A stretch of 63,939 bases of DNA, filler included, from an uncultured Myxococcia bacterium (GTDB taxonomy: Bacteria > CAZTWC01), in the NCBI GenBank assembly GCA_964617105.1. It is 3 parts of 3 records of this genome, joined end to end, with 100 filler letters (N's around TTAATTAATTAA, not from the genome) between each part and the next. Parts side by side here need not be neighbours in the genome. Positions count along the whole stretch, not along the records: positions 1 to 22,239 come from CAZTWC010000028.1; positions 22,340 to 44,087 come from CAZTWC010000029.1; 1 more part is not named here. One strand, written 5' to 3'. The stretch's first letter is position 1, and each line of letters starts with the position of its first letter. Shown piece by piece: positions 11,374 to 23,138 of the stretch. Made by a program: the position numbers and the translations under genes. The notes under the pieces are model-generated. The model was given only the letters and a program-made list of their open reading frames with translations. It searched no databases and was not told the DNA's origin.

Positions 11374-11448
11374 CTATTACCCTCCTAGTATTTGCATTTA
11401 TATTACCTGTTTTTTGGTATTATAAATGCTGTCCAAATAAAAATTATC

Positions 11449-13140
11449 CTAATTATCCCGGGGTGTCAATTTTTTAGCCACCTCTTCCCGTAATGCCGCC
11501 GCATGCCTCAGTGAAATTTTTCCTGTACTCCCCATCAAGGCGGCGATCTCCTGGTTTCGATCTTCATCTTCTAATTTTATTATCGAAGTAACAGTCCGCT
11601 CTCCTTCCAGCTGTTTAATCACCCGATATTGGCTATTACCCCGGGCCGCAATCTGGGGACTGTGAGTAACGCAAATCACCTGGTGCTCTTGAGATACTGT
11701 TGATAACTTTTTTGCCACTCTATTGGCCATCTCTCCGCCTATACCGGCATCCACTTCATCAAAAACATAGGTTGAAACCGGGTCTCGCTGGCGTAACAAA
11801 TTTTTAAATGCCAATAAAATTCTACTCATCTCACCACCCGAAGCAACCTGGGCCAGGGGTTTGGGTTCTTCTCCCCGGTTGGTTGAGATTAAAAATTGCA
11901 GAGTTTCCCATCCCCCGGGAGATATCCCTTCTAAAGTTTTGGGGTGTGACTTGAATTCAATCTGAAACTGGACATCGGGCATTTTCAGATCTACCAATTC
12001 ATTTTTCAACTGTTCAGAAAATTCCCCGGTCACCTGCCCTCGCTGGTGAGATAAAGAATCAGCTTTTTCCCGGTATATTTTAAACTGCTCCTCTATTTGC
12101 CGGTCTATACCGGTCAAATTTCGATTTAATGCTTCAATCTTCTCTTTTTCTCCTACCATTTTTTCCCGGCTGAGAAAAACCTCCTCCAGGCTGCCGCCAA
12201 ATTTACGTTTCAATTGATTCAAGGTAAAAATACGCTCTTCCACCCGGTCTAACTCCCCCTGGTCATACTCTATTTTTTGACCGTAAGAGTTCAAATCTCG
12301 GGCAATCTCTTCCAGTTCCACATAACAGTTTGACATGGTTTTGGCCATCTCTTGAAGATTTTCATCCAAATTGGACAATTGATCTAGTAATGCCAATACC
12401 TTATATAAACCGCCAAGAATAGACTCCTCGGAGGAATAGAGGGCATTATCCGCTTCCATGGCCATCTGAGCCCGTTTTTCCGCTGAACTCAAAAGAGCCT
12501 TTTTCTGATCCAACTCCAGATCTTCTCCAGCCAGCGGGTTGACTCGTTCAATCTCCTGTAACTGGTATTCCAGGTAATCCTGGCGGGCCTGGCTCTCTTT
12601 TTCCAACAACAACAACTCTTCCCGCTGCTGCAACAAATCGTGTAAAAGTTGGTAATCTTTTTTTACCTGGGCCAGCAAAGATAAATTGCTAAGATACTGG
12701 TCCATGATATTAGTATGGAAACCGGAATCAGCCAAGCGGTGAAATTCGTGTTGGCTGCAAATCTCGCAGAGATTAATGGCTATATTTTTTAACCCCTGTA
12801 AAGATATCCGTTGCTGGTTAAGAAAAATCTGGCTACGCCCCTGGTTTGATAATACCCGGCGGATAACCAATTCATCTTCCCAGAGAATCCCCTGTGACTC
12901 CAACAACTCCTCCAGGGAAGGATCTCTTTCCAAATCAAATACCGCCTCTACTACTGCCTTTTCGCAACCGGTACGTATATCGCTGCTTTTTGCCCTGGCT
13001 CCAAGTAAAAGACTGAGAGCCGAAATCAGCATAGTTTTACCGGAGCCGCTTTCGCCGGTAATAACGGTTAATCCAGGACCAAACTCCAGAGATATATCCT
13101 GGAGCAAGGCTAAATTTTTTATGTGGAGATAAGTTAACAT
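11449..13140 (-). CDS. recN: DNA repair protein RecN
   Basis: Walker A TGESGSGKT, ASGGEMSR, FDEVDAGIGG, VTHSPQIAA; 563 aa. Confidence 0.97.
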   Translation of the reverse strand: MLTYLHIKNLALLQDISLEFGPGLTVITGESGSGKTMLISALSLLLGARAKSSDIRTGCEKAVVEAVFDLERDPSLEELLESQGILWEDELVIRRVLSNQGRSQIFLNQQRISLQGLKNIAINLCEICSQHEFHRLADSGFHTNIMDQYLSNLSLLAQVKKDYQLLHDLLQQREELLLLEKESQARQDYLEYQLQEIERVNPLAGEDLELDQKKALLSSAEKRAQMAMEADNALYSSEESILGGLYKVLALLDQLSNLDENLQEMAKTMSNCYVELEEIARDLNSYGQKIEYDQGELDRVEERIFTLNQLKRKFGGSLEEVFLSREKMVGEKEKIEALNRNLTGIDRQIEEQFKIYREKADSLSHQRGQVTGEFSEQLKNELVDLKMPDVQFQIEFKSHPKTLEGISPGGWETLQFLISTNRGEEPKPLAQVASGGEMSRILLAFKNLLRQRDPVSTYVFDEVDAGIGGEMANRVAKKLSTVSQEHQVICVTHSPQIAARGNSQYRVIKQLEGERTVTSIIKLEDEDRNQEIAALMGSTGKISLRHAAALREEVAKKLTPRDN

Positions 13141-13148
13141 AGTGACAC

Positions 13149-14447
13149 TTATAGTTGCTGTCCGGTAAGTTCCCTGAAGCAGGAGATTACCGCTTCATTA
13201 CCAACATCACCGCCAGCACCGGGTGCAGATACTGCATCGGAGCATAGAAAAAGTCCCTCTGCCCCGGGCACTCTAACCCCGGGTCGATCATATTGGGTTT
13301 GAAAAATATTCACTTCGCAGCCATCCACCACCGGCAAAACCTGGGCTCGCTCCCATTCGATACTATCCTGAAAAGAGGGGAAAAGAGAAAAAATGGTACG
13401 CTTGAGGGCGCCTATTTGCCGCTTTACTATCTTTTTATCGTTTATCTCCTGACCGGAAATCGGTTTAAACAGGGTAAATAACTGTTTGCCATGAGGTGCC
13501 AGAGATGGACACAGATTAGAAGTAAACAAACCGTAGGCTTTTAAGTTATACAGGTACCACCACCCCTGGTCCTGAGAGATTTGCCGGTCAAGACAAAAAT
13601 CCAGGGATATCCCGGAGGTGGGTAATACCTGGCTGCATTTTTCTAAAAAAACCTCACTAATATCTTGCCTATTCGCCATGGAGGGCAAGTTATTAATAGG
13701 CAGGTTGATAATCACTGTGTCGGCGGCTATTTCTCTGCCATTGGCAATCACTCCCCTTACTTTACCATCCTTGACCAATACTTTATCCACCTTGGTACGG
13801 GTATAAATTTTACCATTACTCTCGATTTGCTGAAGTAAAAATTCAAACAGGGGCGACCATCCCTGTCTGGGATAGAGCGCCGAGTAACCACTTTTGAGAA
13901 CCTTCTGGATATTAATCAGCAACTCGCCGGCTGAAGCTTTGTGATGAAAAGGACAAACCAGCATAGAGGCAGCCAGCAGTTGAAAAAAACGTTTAATTCC
14001 TCCACCGATCCTTTCCTTCTCCATCCACTGGTATACACTCTTTCTCATCAACTCTTCCAGGTTAGAGGAGTACTTGATTTTGGCGGCCAAATAAAGGGCA
14101 TACAACTTTTCCGGGGAACTAAAGAGAGAGGTTGTTAGAAATCCGGCGGGACTAGTGGGAAACAGTTTTACCTGATTGTCAAAGTCCAGCAAGTGTGACT
14201 CTTGAATGGGAAAAAATTCGATGGTTTTACCCAAGTGGCAAAAAATCCTGGCCAGGGCAGAATAGGGGCCAAAGCGAACTACGTGGATGCCATTGTCAAT
14301 AGTAAATCCATTCCGATTAAGAATTTTTGCCCTTCCGCCAACCGAATTTCGCCTCTCCAGCACCACTACTTCTTGACCTCCATGGGCCAGTAAAGCAGCG
14401 ATTAACAAACCATTTATACCCCCTCCGGCAATAACTGTTCTGCCCAT
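13149..14447 (-). CDS. FAD-dependent oxidoreductase, phytoene desaturase/amine oxidase-like
   Basis: GGGINGL Rossmann motif, ERRNSVGGR, GFTIDNGIH. Confidence 0.8.
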   Translation of the reverse strand: MGRTVIAGGGINGLLIAALLAHGGQEVVVLERRNSVGGRAKILNRNGFTIDNGIHVVRFGPYSALARIFCHLGKTIEFFPIQESHLLDFDNQVKLFPTSPAGFLTTSLFSSPEKLYALYLAAKIKYSSNLEELMRKSVYQWMEKERIGGGIKRFFQLLAASMLVCPFHHKASAGELLINIQKVLKSGYSALYPRQGWSPLFEFLLQQIESNGKIYTRTKVDKVLVKDGKVRGVIANGREIAADTVIINLPINNLPSMANRQDISEVFLEKCSQVLPTSGISLDFCLDRQISQDQGWWYLYNLKAYGLFTSNLCPSLAPHGKQLFTLFKPISGQEINDKKIVKRQIGALKRTIFSLFPSFQDSIEWERAQVLPVVDGCEVNIFQTQYDRPGVRVPGAEGLFLCSDAVSAPGAGGDVGNEAVISCFRELTGQQL

Positions 14448-14532
14448 TTTTATCCTCCCAATAATTATGGTGCTAATTTTACTTCTAAACTATAATAGCC
14501 GCAATCTACCCCAAACATCTATTTGAAACCTG

Positions 14533-15333
14533 TTACCTGATAGCGGATCGCAACTCCCTGGTCTTGGCTGCCACCTTTTTAATAATAGCTTTTCGATCAT
14601 CTCCGTGCTGTTCTATCAGTTTTACCAGGGCCGAACCAACAATTACACCATCAGCAAAAGCGGAGATTTCCGCTGCCTGTTGACCCGTCTCAATACCAAA
14701 ACCTACGCAAACTGGTTTTTTGCTTATCTCTTTGATGGCAGTTACCTGTTGCTCCATACCTTTTGATTTTACCAGACTGCTGCCGGTAACTCCGGTCATA
14801 GAAACATAATAGATAAAACTTGAACTGTGGGAAGAGACTACTTCCATCCGGTTCTGGTCACTATTGGGAGCTAAGAGATAGATCAGAGAGATATTCTTTT
14901 TAGCCGCTTCCTCCCGAAAAACCCGACTCTCCTCAGGAGGAAAATCAACCATCAAAAAGGCGTCCACCCCGCAAAAAGAAGCCTCTTGCAAAAGACGCTG
15001 GAGTCCGTATTGTAAAAAAGGATTGTAATAACCGAATAAAATTATCGGTATTGAACACTTTTTGCGCAAAGAGAATAAAAAATCAAACATACCCGTCAAG
15101 TTGGTGCCCTTTTTTAGGCTTCGCTCACTGGCCCGTTGGATCACTGGCCCATCAGCCATTGGATCGGAAAAGGGTACCCCCAACTCCACTATATCGGCAC
15201 CTTCCTGTTCCAGGACGGTAATAATTTCGCCAGTTACTTCCAGGTCAGGATCACCTGCGGTTATATAGGGAATCAGGGCTTTTCTTCCTTCTTTTTTTAA
15301 TTGCCTAAAAACCCTGTTTATACTGTTATCCAT
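14533..15333 (-). CDS. trpA: Tryptophan synthase alpha chain
   Basis: [29 protein letters not shown]. Confidence 0.98.
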   Translation of the reverse strand: MDNSINRVFRQLKKEGRKALIPYITAGDPDLEVTGEIITVLEQEGADIVELGVPFSDPMADGPVIQRASERSLKKGTNLTGMFDFLFSLRKKCSIPIILFGYYNPFLQYGLQRLLQEASFCGVDAFLMVDFPPEESRVFREEAAKKNISLIYLLAPNSDQNRMEVVSSHSSSFIYYVSMTGVTGSSLVKSKGMEQQVTAIKEISKKPVCVGFGIETGQQAAEISAFADGVIVGSALVKLIEQHGDDRKAIIKKVAAKTRELRSAIR

Positions 15334-16573
15334 CTATATCCTCCAACTCAGATATCTCCTGCACATCCTTGTCGCCTCGTCCGGAAAGATTTACCACCAC
15401 GATCCGGTTATCCTCAAATTTGTGATGATTATCCAATAAATAAGCCACTGCATGGGAACTCTCCAGGGCGGGAATAATCCCCTCTACCCTTGACAGTCTT
15501 TTGAATGCTTCCAAAGCCTGTTTATCAGTTACCGCATAGTAATGGCAACGACCAATATCTTTATAATAGGAGTGCTCCGGTCCAACCCCTGGATAATCGA
15601 GCCCCGCAGAAATTGAGTGAGGCAGGCTGATTTGACCGTGTTTATCTTGCAGCAAATATGATTGACTACCGTGCAGCACCCCAACTCTGCCGGAGTTTAA
15701 AGTGGCTGCATGTTTGCCGGTTTCTATTCCGTGTCCAGCGGCTTCAACCCCAATAAATTTAACCTCTTTATAGTTGAAAAAGGGGTAGAAGAGGCCCATG
15801 GCATTGCTGCCACCTCCCACACAGGCAATCAAATAATCGGGTAAACGCTGCTCTAAATCACACAGTTGCTGTTTTACTTCCTCACCAATAACCATCTGAA
15901 AATTACGCACCATCTCCGGGTAAGGATAGGGGCCGGCAGTGGAACCAATCAGATAGTAAGTGTTGCTGATATTGGTCACCCAATCTCTCAGAGCCTCATT
16001 CATAGCATCCTTTAAGGTATTAGAACCGGAATGAACCGGGATCACTCTGGCCCCTAAAAGTTCCATCCTAAAAACATTCAACTGCTGCCGCCGAACGTCC
16101 TCAGCGCCCATGTAGATATCGCACTCACAGTTCATCAGGGCAGCCACCGTGGCAGTAGCTACACCATGCTGGCCGGCGCCGGTTTCTGCGATAATTCTAT
16201 TTTTCCCCATTTTCCGGGCCAAAATAGCCTGGCCCAAACAATTGTTGATTTTATGGGCGCCGGTATGGTTGAGATCTTCCCGCTTCAGATAGATATGCAA
16301 ATTCCTGCCTAAATATTTTTCCAGATTCCGGGCCCGATAGAGCAGGGATGGGCGACCAGCGTAATTCTTTAACCAGCCACGAAACTCCTCTTGAAAATCG
16401 GAACTGGAGAAATGATGTTTATATGCCTCCTCCAACTCCTGCAGTGCTGGCATCAGAATCTCTGACACATACTGTCCACCAAAATTGCCAAAATAACTTT
16501 TAGATCTATCGGCATCGATTTTTTTACTTTGTTCTGTTGCACAATTTCCGTTCATAAGATTAAACCTGCTCAA
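15326..16573 (-). CDS. trpB: Tryptophan synthase beta chain
   Basis: [16 protein letters not shown] (PLP Lys), [24 protein letters not shown]; exact start uncertain. Confidence 0.98.
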   Translation of the reverse strand: MSRFNLMNGNCATEQSKKIDADRSKSYFGNFGGQYVSEILMPALQELEEAYKHHFSSSDFQEEFRGWLKNYAGRPSLLYRARNLEKYLGRNLHIYLKREDLNHTGAHKINNCLGQAILARKMGKNRIIAETGAGQHGVATATVAALMNCECDIYMGAEDVRRQQLNVFRMELLGARVIPVHSGSNTLKDAMNEALRDWVTNISNTYYLIGSTAGPYPYPEMVRNFQMVIGEEVKQQLCDLEQRLPDYLIACVGGGSNAMGLFYPFFNYKEVKFIGVEAAGHGIETGKHAATLNSGRVGVLHGSQSYLLQDKHGQISLPHSISAGLDYPGVGPEHSYYKDIGRCHYYAVTDKQALEAFKRLSRVEGIIPALESSHAVAYLLDNHHKFEDNRIVVVNLSGRGDKDVQEISELEDIDG

Positions 16574-16583
16574 ATAAGAAAAT

Positions 16584-17210
16584 TTACCTCTTCACTGTCT
16601 GGGGGTTTTTGGCCCGCTTGATAAAATCGGCCATTTTGGTATAATTTTTATAACCGATCTCTCCCTCCACACCGCCACATACATCCACCCCAAAGGGTTC
16701 TATTTTTCTAATCGCCAATTTAATATTAAAGGGGGAAAGCCCACCCGCCACAAAAAATTCTCCGTATTGTTTGGCTTTGAGCGCCAATTCCCAGTCAAAG
16801 GTATCGCCGGTTCCCCCGTATAACCCCTCGTTTTTGGTATCCAGCAGATAAAGGGGAACCTGATAATTTTGCATCATCTCTATATCCTTCAAGTCCGCAA
16901 CCCGGATGGCTTTAATAATATTACCACCCAACCGCTTACAATAATCGGGACTCTCATCACCGTGAAGTTGAAGGTAATCCAGGCGCAATTGATCTCTTAT
17001 AGCGGCCACCTCTTCCAGGGGTTGATTAACAAATACCCCTACCTTTTTGGGGCCTGACGGCAAATTGTCCCTGATTCCCATATATTTTTCCGGACTGAAA
17101 TAACGGGGACTTTTGGGATAAAAATTAAACCCCAAAAAATCAGCCTTCAGGTTATCCGCCTGCAACGCATCTCCCAGCCTGGTAAGCCCACAGATTTTAA
17201 CTTTTGTCAT
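16584..17210 (-). CDS. trpF: Phosphoribosylanthranilate isomerase
   Basis: [10 protein letters not shown] (ATG 17210, not the longer ORF-track start), [15 protein letters not shown]. Confidence 0.95.
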   Translation of the reverse strand: MTKVKICGLTRLGDALQADNLKADFLGFNFYPKSPRYFSPEKYMGIRDNLPSGPKKVGVFVNQPLEEVAAIRDQLRLDYLQLHGDESPDYCKRLGGNIIKAIRVADLKDIEMMQNYQVPLYLLDTKNEGLYGGTGDTFDWELALKAKQYGEFFVAGGLSPFNIKLAIRKIEPFGVDVCGGVEGEIGYKNYTKMADFIKRAKNPQTVKR

Positions 17211-17230
17211 AATGAGTATCTCCCAACAAA

Positions 17231-18052
17231 TTAACTTACTGATAATAAAGAGTGTAACTTCTCTTGAACTCCGGCCATATCTCCGGCTGCACCGGCAGTT
17301 ATCAGAGATGTTCCTATCAGGAAATTGGCGCACCCCACATCGAAAAAACTTCCCAAATCCGATTTGGTTTTCAGGCCGCTTTCTGCCACTACTTTTTTAT
17401 GGGAAGGGATCTGCTTAATTAACCTTATACCGGTCTCAAGTTTAACCTCAAAATTGGTTAAATCGCGATTATTGATGCCAATTATTTGAGCATCTGCCTC
17501 CAAAGCCTTGTCCAACTCCTCCTGGCAATGGATCTCCACCAGTGCATCCATTCCCCTTTGGGCTGTTATCTGCAAATATTCTTTCAACTGCTCCGTGCTT
17601 AAAATAGCGGCGATAAGCAACACGGCGCTGGCGCCAAGCATCCTGGCTTCCAGAATCTGGTAAGGATCGATGATGAAATCTTTACGCAAAATCGGAATGG
17701 ATACCTTATTGGCTATTCGGCGCAAATGGAGCGGGTCGCCCCAGAAAAAAAACGCATCGGTCAAAACCGAAATAGCGGCAGCACCGCTTTGCTGGTAAGT
17801 TAATGCCAATTGAAGCGGATCAAAATTAAGGGCAATAACCCCCTTTGAGGGAGAGGCCCGCTTCACTTCGGCAATTATGGCGATTTTGTTTTTATCTAAT
17901 TGGGAACGCGAAAAAAGGGCTTTTGAGAAAGATGGCGGTTTGGAAGAAACAGTTTCCCGCTCCAGAATTGAAAGCGGCTGGCGCTGCTTGATAAAGTCCA
18001 CTTCTTTTCGTTTATAGTCGGCTATTTTAAATAAGATGTTATCTTTATTCAT
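17231..18052 (-). CDS. trpC: Indole-3-glycerol phosphate synthase
   Basis: IAEVKRASPSKG, LRKDFIIDPYQ, IGINNRDL, AESG. Confidence 0.97.
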   Translation of the reverse strand: MNKDNILFKIADYKRKEVDFIKQRQPLSILERETVSSKPPSFSKALFSRSQLDKNKIAIIAEVKRASPSKGVIALNFDPLQLALTYQQSGAAAISVLTDAFFFWGDPLHLRRIANKVSIPILRKDFIIDPYQILEARMLGASAVLLIAAILSTEQLKEYLQITAQRGMDALVEIHCQEELDKALEADAQIIGINNRDLTNFEVKLETGIRLIKQIPSHKKVVAESGLKTKSDLGSFFDVGCANFLIGTSLITAGAAGDMAGVQEKLHSLLSVS

Positions 18053-18108
18053 GGTTACCAATTTATTATTTTATCCAGATTTCCGGGTAGGTATTGATGA
18101 CTCCTGGC

Positions 18109-19128
18109 TTACACCGAATTGCTCACATCTATAACCTGTTCCATCTTGGCCAGGGCCTTACCGCTGGCTAGAGCATCCTGGCAAAGCCGCAACCCATCCT
18201 GTACCTGTTCGGCAATTCCAGCAATCTTTAAGGCAAAAGCTGCGTTGAGGCACACCGCATTCTGTAACACTCCCCCACATTCCCCTTTTAGCAATTTTCG
18301 AGAAATCTCCACGTTTTCCGCCGGCCCGGAACCCTTAATATCATCAAGTTTACCACTGGCCAAACCAAAATCCCGGGGGTGAACGTTGTAGGTTTTCACT
18401 TCGCCGGAGGCCAATAACTCGCTGATTTGGGTCTCTTGGCAAATACTTATTTCATCCAATCCATCGGCGCCGTGCACCACCATCACCCTTTTGGAACCCA
18501 GATTTTTCAACACCTGAGCCAAAGGTTCAGTCAGTTGAGGTGAAAATACCCCCATTAATTGGTACCTGGCTCCGGCTGGATTGGTTAAGGGACCGAGTAT
18601 ATTAAAAACCGTTCTTATCCCTATCTCCCGCCGGGGGCCGATAGCATGCTTCATTGCCGGATGAAAAGAGGGTGCAAACATAAAGCCAAACCCGGTTTTT
18701 TCCAGGCAGGAACGAACCTGGGCTGGAGTAAGATCAAGTTTCATCCCCAATCCTTCCAGCAGATCGGCGCTACCACACAGAGATGAAACCGAACGATTTC
18801 CATGTTTGGCAACTTTGGCTCCGCAACTGGCACAAAGAATAGCGGCCAGGGTGGAAATATTGATGGTCCCCTGGGCATCACCTCCAGTGCCGCAGGTATC
18901 GATAACCGTATCTAGTCCGGTATCTACCTTTTTCACCTTTTCCCTCATCACCTGGGCAGCAGCCACTATCTCATCAACAGTTTCACCTTTGAGCCTCAAA
19001 GCGGTAATAAAGGCGCCTATCTGAGCCGGAGTGACCTGGCCATCCATAATTTGCCGAAAAACAATGTTCATCTGTTTGCCGGTCAGGTCTTTTAACTCCA
19101 CCAGCAGCGAAATCGCTTGTTTAATCAT
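18109..19128 (-). CDS. trpD: Anthranilate phosphoribosyltransferase
   Basis: DTCGTGGD, KHGNRSVSS, NILGPLTNP, GLDEIS. Confidence 0.97.
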   Translation of the reverse strand: MIKQAISLLVELKDLTGKQMNIVFRQIMDGQVTPAQIGAFITALRLKGETVDEIVAAAQVMREKVKKVDTGLDTVIDTCGTGGDAQGTINISTLAAILCASCGAKVAKHGNRSVSSLCGSADLLEGLGMKLDLTPAQVRSCLEKTGFGFMFAPSFHPAMKHAIGPRREIGIRTVFNILGPLTNPAGARYQLMGVFSPQLTEPLAQVLKNLGSKRVMVVHGADGLDEISICQETQISELLASGEVKTYNVHPRDFGLASGKLDDIKGSGPAENVEISRKLLKGECGGVLQNAVCLNAAFALKIAGIAEQVQDGLRLCQDALASGKALAKMEQVIDVSNSV

Positions 19129-19140
19129 AATAACTGGTTC

Positions 19141-19707
19141 CTAAATCATCCCTAAAAAATTGCTTAGCAATTTCTTCCCCTCCAGGGTCAATATAGACTC
19201 CGGATGAAACTGCACCCCTTCCAGCAAAAATTGACGATGCCGGAACCCCATAATTTCTCCATCTTCGGTCCAGGCCGATATCTCCAACTGTGGAGGCAAA
19301 GTCGATTTTTCCACTAATAAAGAGTGATATCGGGTAGCGTCAAAGGGAAGTGACAGGCCCTTAAAAATTGTTTGTTGATCGTGATGGATGGGCGAAGTCT
19401 TACCGTGCATAATTTTCTCGGCCCTGATCACCCTGCCCCCAAAGGCTTCTCCCATGCTCTGATGTCCCAGGCAAACTCCTAAAAGGGGAATTTGTCCGGC
19501 AAATTTTTTAATCACTTCCACCGAGATTCCCGCCTTGGCCGGAGTACACGGTCCGGGAGAAATGATTATTGCATCGGGCGCCATTTCAGCGATCTTTGTC
19601 AGGGTAATAGAGTCGTTGCGAAAAACCTCTACCTGGGCTCCCAATTCCCCAAGATACTGAACAATATTGTAAGTAAAAGAGTCATAATTATCGATCATTA
19701 AAATCAT
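19141..19707 (-). CDS. trpG: Anthranilate synthase component II (glutamine amidotransferase)
   Basis: [33 protein letters not shown]. Confidence 0.95.
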   Translation of the reverse strand: MILMIDNYDSFTYNIVQYLGELGAQVEVFRNDSITLTKIAEMAPDAIIISPGPCTPAKAGISVEVIKKFAGQIPLLGVCLGHQSMGEAFGGRVIRAEKIMHGKTSPIHHDQQTIFKGLSLPFDATRYHSLLVEKSTLPPQLEISAWTEDGEIMGFRHRQFLLEGVQFHPESILTLEGKKLLSNFLGMI

Positions 19708-21197
19708 AGCACCAAACCATCCCTTACCATTTGAATTGCTTTAAAAAGCGCTTTGGCCTTGTTGACAGTTTCCTGGTATTCCAATTCCGGCTGGGAATCG
19801 AAAACTATACCCGCACCAGCCTGAAAATATAGACAATTATTAAACTGATAGAGCATCCTGATGGCGATACAGAGATCGGAATTGCCCTGCAGGTCAAAAT
19901 AACCGATTGCTCCACCATATATACCCCGGCGATGTTTTTCCAACTCCTCAATAATCTCCATAGCCCTGACTTTGGGCGCTCCACTCAAGGTGCCCGCGGG
20001 AAAAGTTGATTTAACCACCTGGGTCACATCCACATCATCACGCATCTCTCCCAAAACGTGGGAAACGATGTGCATCACATGAGAATAACGCTCCACCACC
20101 ATCTTGTCCGTCACCTCCACCGTTCCGGTTTTGGCTATCCGGCCTAAATCATTGCGGCCCAAATCGAGCAACATGATATGTTCGGCTATCTCTTTGGGGT
20201 CAGCTAACAGCTCTTCTTCCAGGGCCAAGTCTTCGGCCCGATTCTTGCCTCTCATTCTGGTTCCGGCGATGGGCCGCACCTGAACAGTTCTATCCTGAAC
20301 TCTAACCATCACCTCCGGTGATGCGCCGGCAATTTTCATTTCGGGAAGATCAAAATAGAACATATATGGAGAAGGATTGAAAGTTCTCAGGGCGCGATAG
20401 ATATCAAAAACATCCAAATCCTCTTGCAAAGCGTAACGTCTTGATAATACTACCTGAATAACATCGCCGGCTTTGATATATTCTTTAGCCTTTTCCACCG
20501 ATGCCATATACTCCCCTTTACCAATATCCGGCACCGGTATATCTTGACGGGAGGACAGGTTGTGTCCCCGCTGGGGCTGAGGACCATTCAACTTTTGAAC
20601 CACAGTTTCAATAGTCTGTTTGGCTGAATCATATTTCTCCTGCATCATAGAGGCATCCTCTTTACCGGACAGATGGACATTGGAGATAACCTTGATTTTA
20701 TAGGAGAGGTTTTCAAACAGAATGATATCTTTGGCAAAGAAAAAATAGGCGTCATACATGGAGAGATCATCGCTGCACTGGCAGGGAATTTTTTCAAAAA
20801 ACCTTACCATATCATAACCGATGAAACCGGCGGCCCCCGCATAAAAAGGGCCTAAATCGTCAGACAAAGGCGCTTTGAAACTCTGGAGCATTTTTTTCAT
20901 CTCTTCCAGAGGATGTGGTGAGACAAATTTTTCTTCGCCTTCTCCGGTAGAGATAATAACCTCATTGCCCTTGCTCTTAAACACCCTTAGAGGATTCATT
21001 CCAATAAAACTGTGGCTAGCCCATCGTTCACCTCCCTCTACACTTTCTAAAAGAAAGGAGAAAGATTCTCCGGCCGCCACTTTACAATAGGCGCTTACCG
21101 GGGTATCCATATCCGCCAGGATTTCACTATAGACCGGAATTAAATTGTAATTTTGCCCCAGGGAAAGAAACTCTTCCCAGGCGGGATATACTTTCAA
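19704..21197 (-). CDS. trpE: Anthranilate synthase component I
   Basis: [45 protein letters not shown]; likely TTG start at 21197 after an AGGGGAG RBS. Confidence 0.96.
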   Translation of the reverse strand: MKVYPAWEEFLSLGQNYNLIPVYSEILADMDTPVSAYCKVAAGESFSFLLESVEGGERWASHSFIGMNPLRVFKSKGNEVIISTGEGEEKFVSPHPLEEMKKMLQSFKAPLSDDLGPFYAGAAGFIGYDMVRFFEKIPCQCSDDLSMYDAYFFFAKDIILFENLSYKIKVISNVHLSGKEDASMMQEKYDSAKQTIETVVQKLNGPQPQRGHNLSSRQDIPVPDIGKGEYMASVEKAKEYIKAGDVIQVVLSRRYALQEDLDVFDIYRALRTFNPSPYMFYFDLPEMKIAGASPEVMVRVQDRTVQVRPIAGTRMRGKNRAEDLALEEELLADPKEIAEHIMLLDLGRNDLGRIAKTGTVEVTDKMVVERYSHVMHIVSHVLGEMRDDVDVTQVVKSTFPAGTLSGAPKVRAMEIIEELEKHRRGIYGGAIGYFDLQGNSDLCIAIRMLYQFNNCLYFQAGAGIVFDSQPELEYQETVNKAKALFKAIQMVRDGLVL

Positions 21198-21369
21198 ATT
21201 ATCTCCCCTTAGAATTATTCTTTTTCCCACCTTATCTATAACCAATTAAATAAAATAAACCGAATATATTTCTAATGGTAATTACTATATCACAATATAG
21301 TTAAATTTCTTGCTGTTTTCAGTTAAAATTGATAAATAGAGTGAAATAATATTAACTTTGCCGTGAAAG

Positions 21370-22239
21370 ATGTCGGGTATGTTGCCGGAAGAAGACCAAA
21401 AAAAATATGACTTAATGCTAAATAACTGGGATACTTCTGCCAGGGAACGGGCGGCTGAAGAATTGGGCTGGCTGGGCCCTGATGCCATACACTTGCTAGC
21501 CGAGGCTGTGAAAGACAAAAAAGGTTCAGTTAGAATAAAAGCAGTTGAAAGTCTGGGAATTATTGCTGATCCAAAAGCCATTCCGCTGTTGATAGATAAA
21601 TTGGAAGACTGGGACCCGAACGTAAGAAAACATGCTGCCAAGGCTCTGGTGAATATAGGTGAACCAGCAATAGCCTCTTTAATAGATCTATTAGCCCATA
21701 GCAACCCCGATGTAAGAGAGAATGCGGTAAAAGCATTGAGCTCCATTGGCGAACCATCGGTAGCACCCCTGCTGACTATTCTTGAAAAAGGCGCCCCTTC
21801 GGCACGTATTTTTGCAATCTCTGCTCTGGTGGAAATAGCCCCCGCCAATATTGCCGAAAAATTAATAGGCACCCTGAGTGATCAGAGTTCATCTGTGCGG
21901 CTGATGGCCACTTACTGCCTGGGCAAGTTAAAGGATTTATCCACAGTAGATCCTCTGCTCAAGTTACTGGATGACAAAGACGATGACGTTAGGTGGGGAG
22001 CGGCCTGGGCTCTGGGTGAAATCGGAAACGAAATGGCAGTGGACAAACTTATCGAAGTTTTGAATGATGATAACGAATTTGTAAAAAGGATAGCCATAAA
22101 ATCCCTGGGCAGTATTGGAAGCGAAAAAGCCACCGGGACTTTAATAAGACTCTTTAACGACCCCACCTCCTCTGCCCGTAATGTCACCACCTGGGCGCTG
22201 GGGAAAATAGGTAATCGCCGAGCCATTGCTACCTTGACC
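21370..22239 (+). CDS. HEAT/PBS-lyase repeat protein, truncated at contig end
   Basis: 31-aa repeats VRxxAAxALGxIG; runs into the N spacer. Confidence 0.9.
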
Positions 22240-22339
22240 NNNNNNNNNNNNNNNNNNNNNNNNNNNNNNNNNNNNNNNNNNNNTTAATTAATTAANNNNN
22301 NNNNNNNNNNNNNNNNNNNNNNNNNNNNNNNNNNNNNNN
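22240..22339. other. Artificial contig spacer
   Basis: 44 N + TTAATTAATTAA (stops in all six frames) + 44 N. Confidence 0.98.
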
Positions 22340-23093
22340 CAGCCTGGAGATAGCCGTTGCCAGTCGAATTTTACCCATAAATTTCAATAATGACAGTCGC
22401 ATTAACATGCAGCCAGTAAACTTGAACATGGGAGAGGAGAAGGTACTTATTACTAAAAATGGTAAAGATGATAACCGGGTAACCTTTGCCTTGACCATGC
22501 CCATAAAATTGAGAGCAGGCATCCGCTATATCTATCGGCAAGGAAAAAGGGAACTATTTGACCTGGAATTGGATATCCATTACGATCTATGGTCTATGAT
22601 GGACGCTTATACTCTGGATGCTGGCATAGTTGCCCAGGTGATCGGCCAGGAAATAAAGGTGGATAAAATTATCACTCACAAAAAATGGCGTGATACTTTA
22701 AATGTTAGGCTGGGAGGTGATTACAATCTGATTGAGGATAGGCTGTGGCTGCGGGCAGGAGGTTTTTTTGAAACCCCGGCGGTAAAAAAAGAGTATGCTT
22801 ACGTTGATTTTTTCAGTTTTTTGCGCTTCGGCCCGGCGGCGGGATTGACGGTTTCCTTTAATAATATCAGTATCTCTTTTGCCTACACTTTTGTTTTCCA
22901 GATGCCTCTCAAAGTAACTGAAGATGAATCTGCCATCTTTCAGCAAACTCCAGCCAGCCAATGTCAAGATCCTTATACCGATGAAAGCCGCTGCCACCAC
23001 AAGTATTTGGGCAAACCATCTGCCCCGGCCAATGCCGGCGTGTACAAAGCCAATTATCATTTTTTCAGCAGCGGGATCTCCTTGAAACTTTGA
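22340..23093 (+). CDS. C-terminal fragment of an OmpP1/FadL-family outer membrane transport protein
   Basis: WRDTLNVRLGGDY, LRAGGFFETPA, terminal beta-strand; 5' end lost at the contig edge. Confidence 0.7.
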
Positions 23094-23138
23094 CCTACCT
23101 GCCTGAAACCATAATGGCAACCAAAGAGAGGGTACAAT

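Noticed and set aside
21198-21369. trp leader peptide / attenuator
   Set aside because: No Trp-codon-rich mini-ORF or terminator/antiterminator pair in this short AT-rich divergent region.
22240-22339. TTAATTAATTAA palindrome within N runs (also 44088-44187)
   Set aside because: Identical 44N-12-44N layout twice: an artificial contig joiner. Gene adjacency across these points is meaningless.
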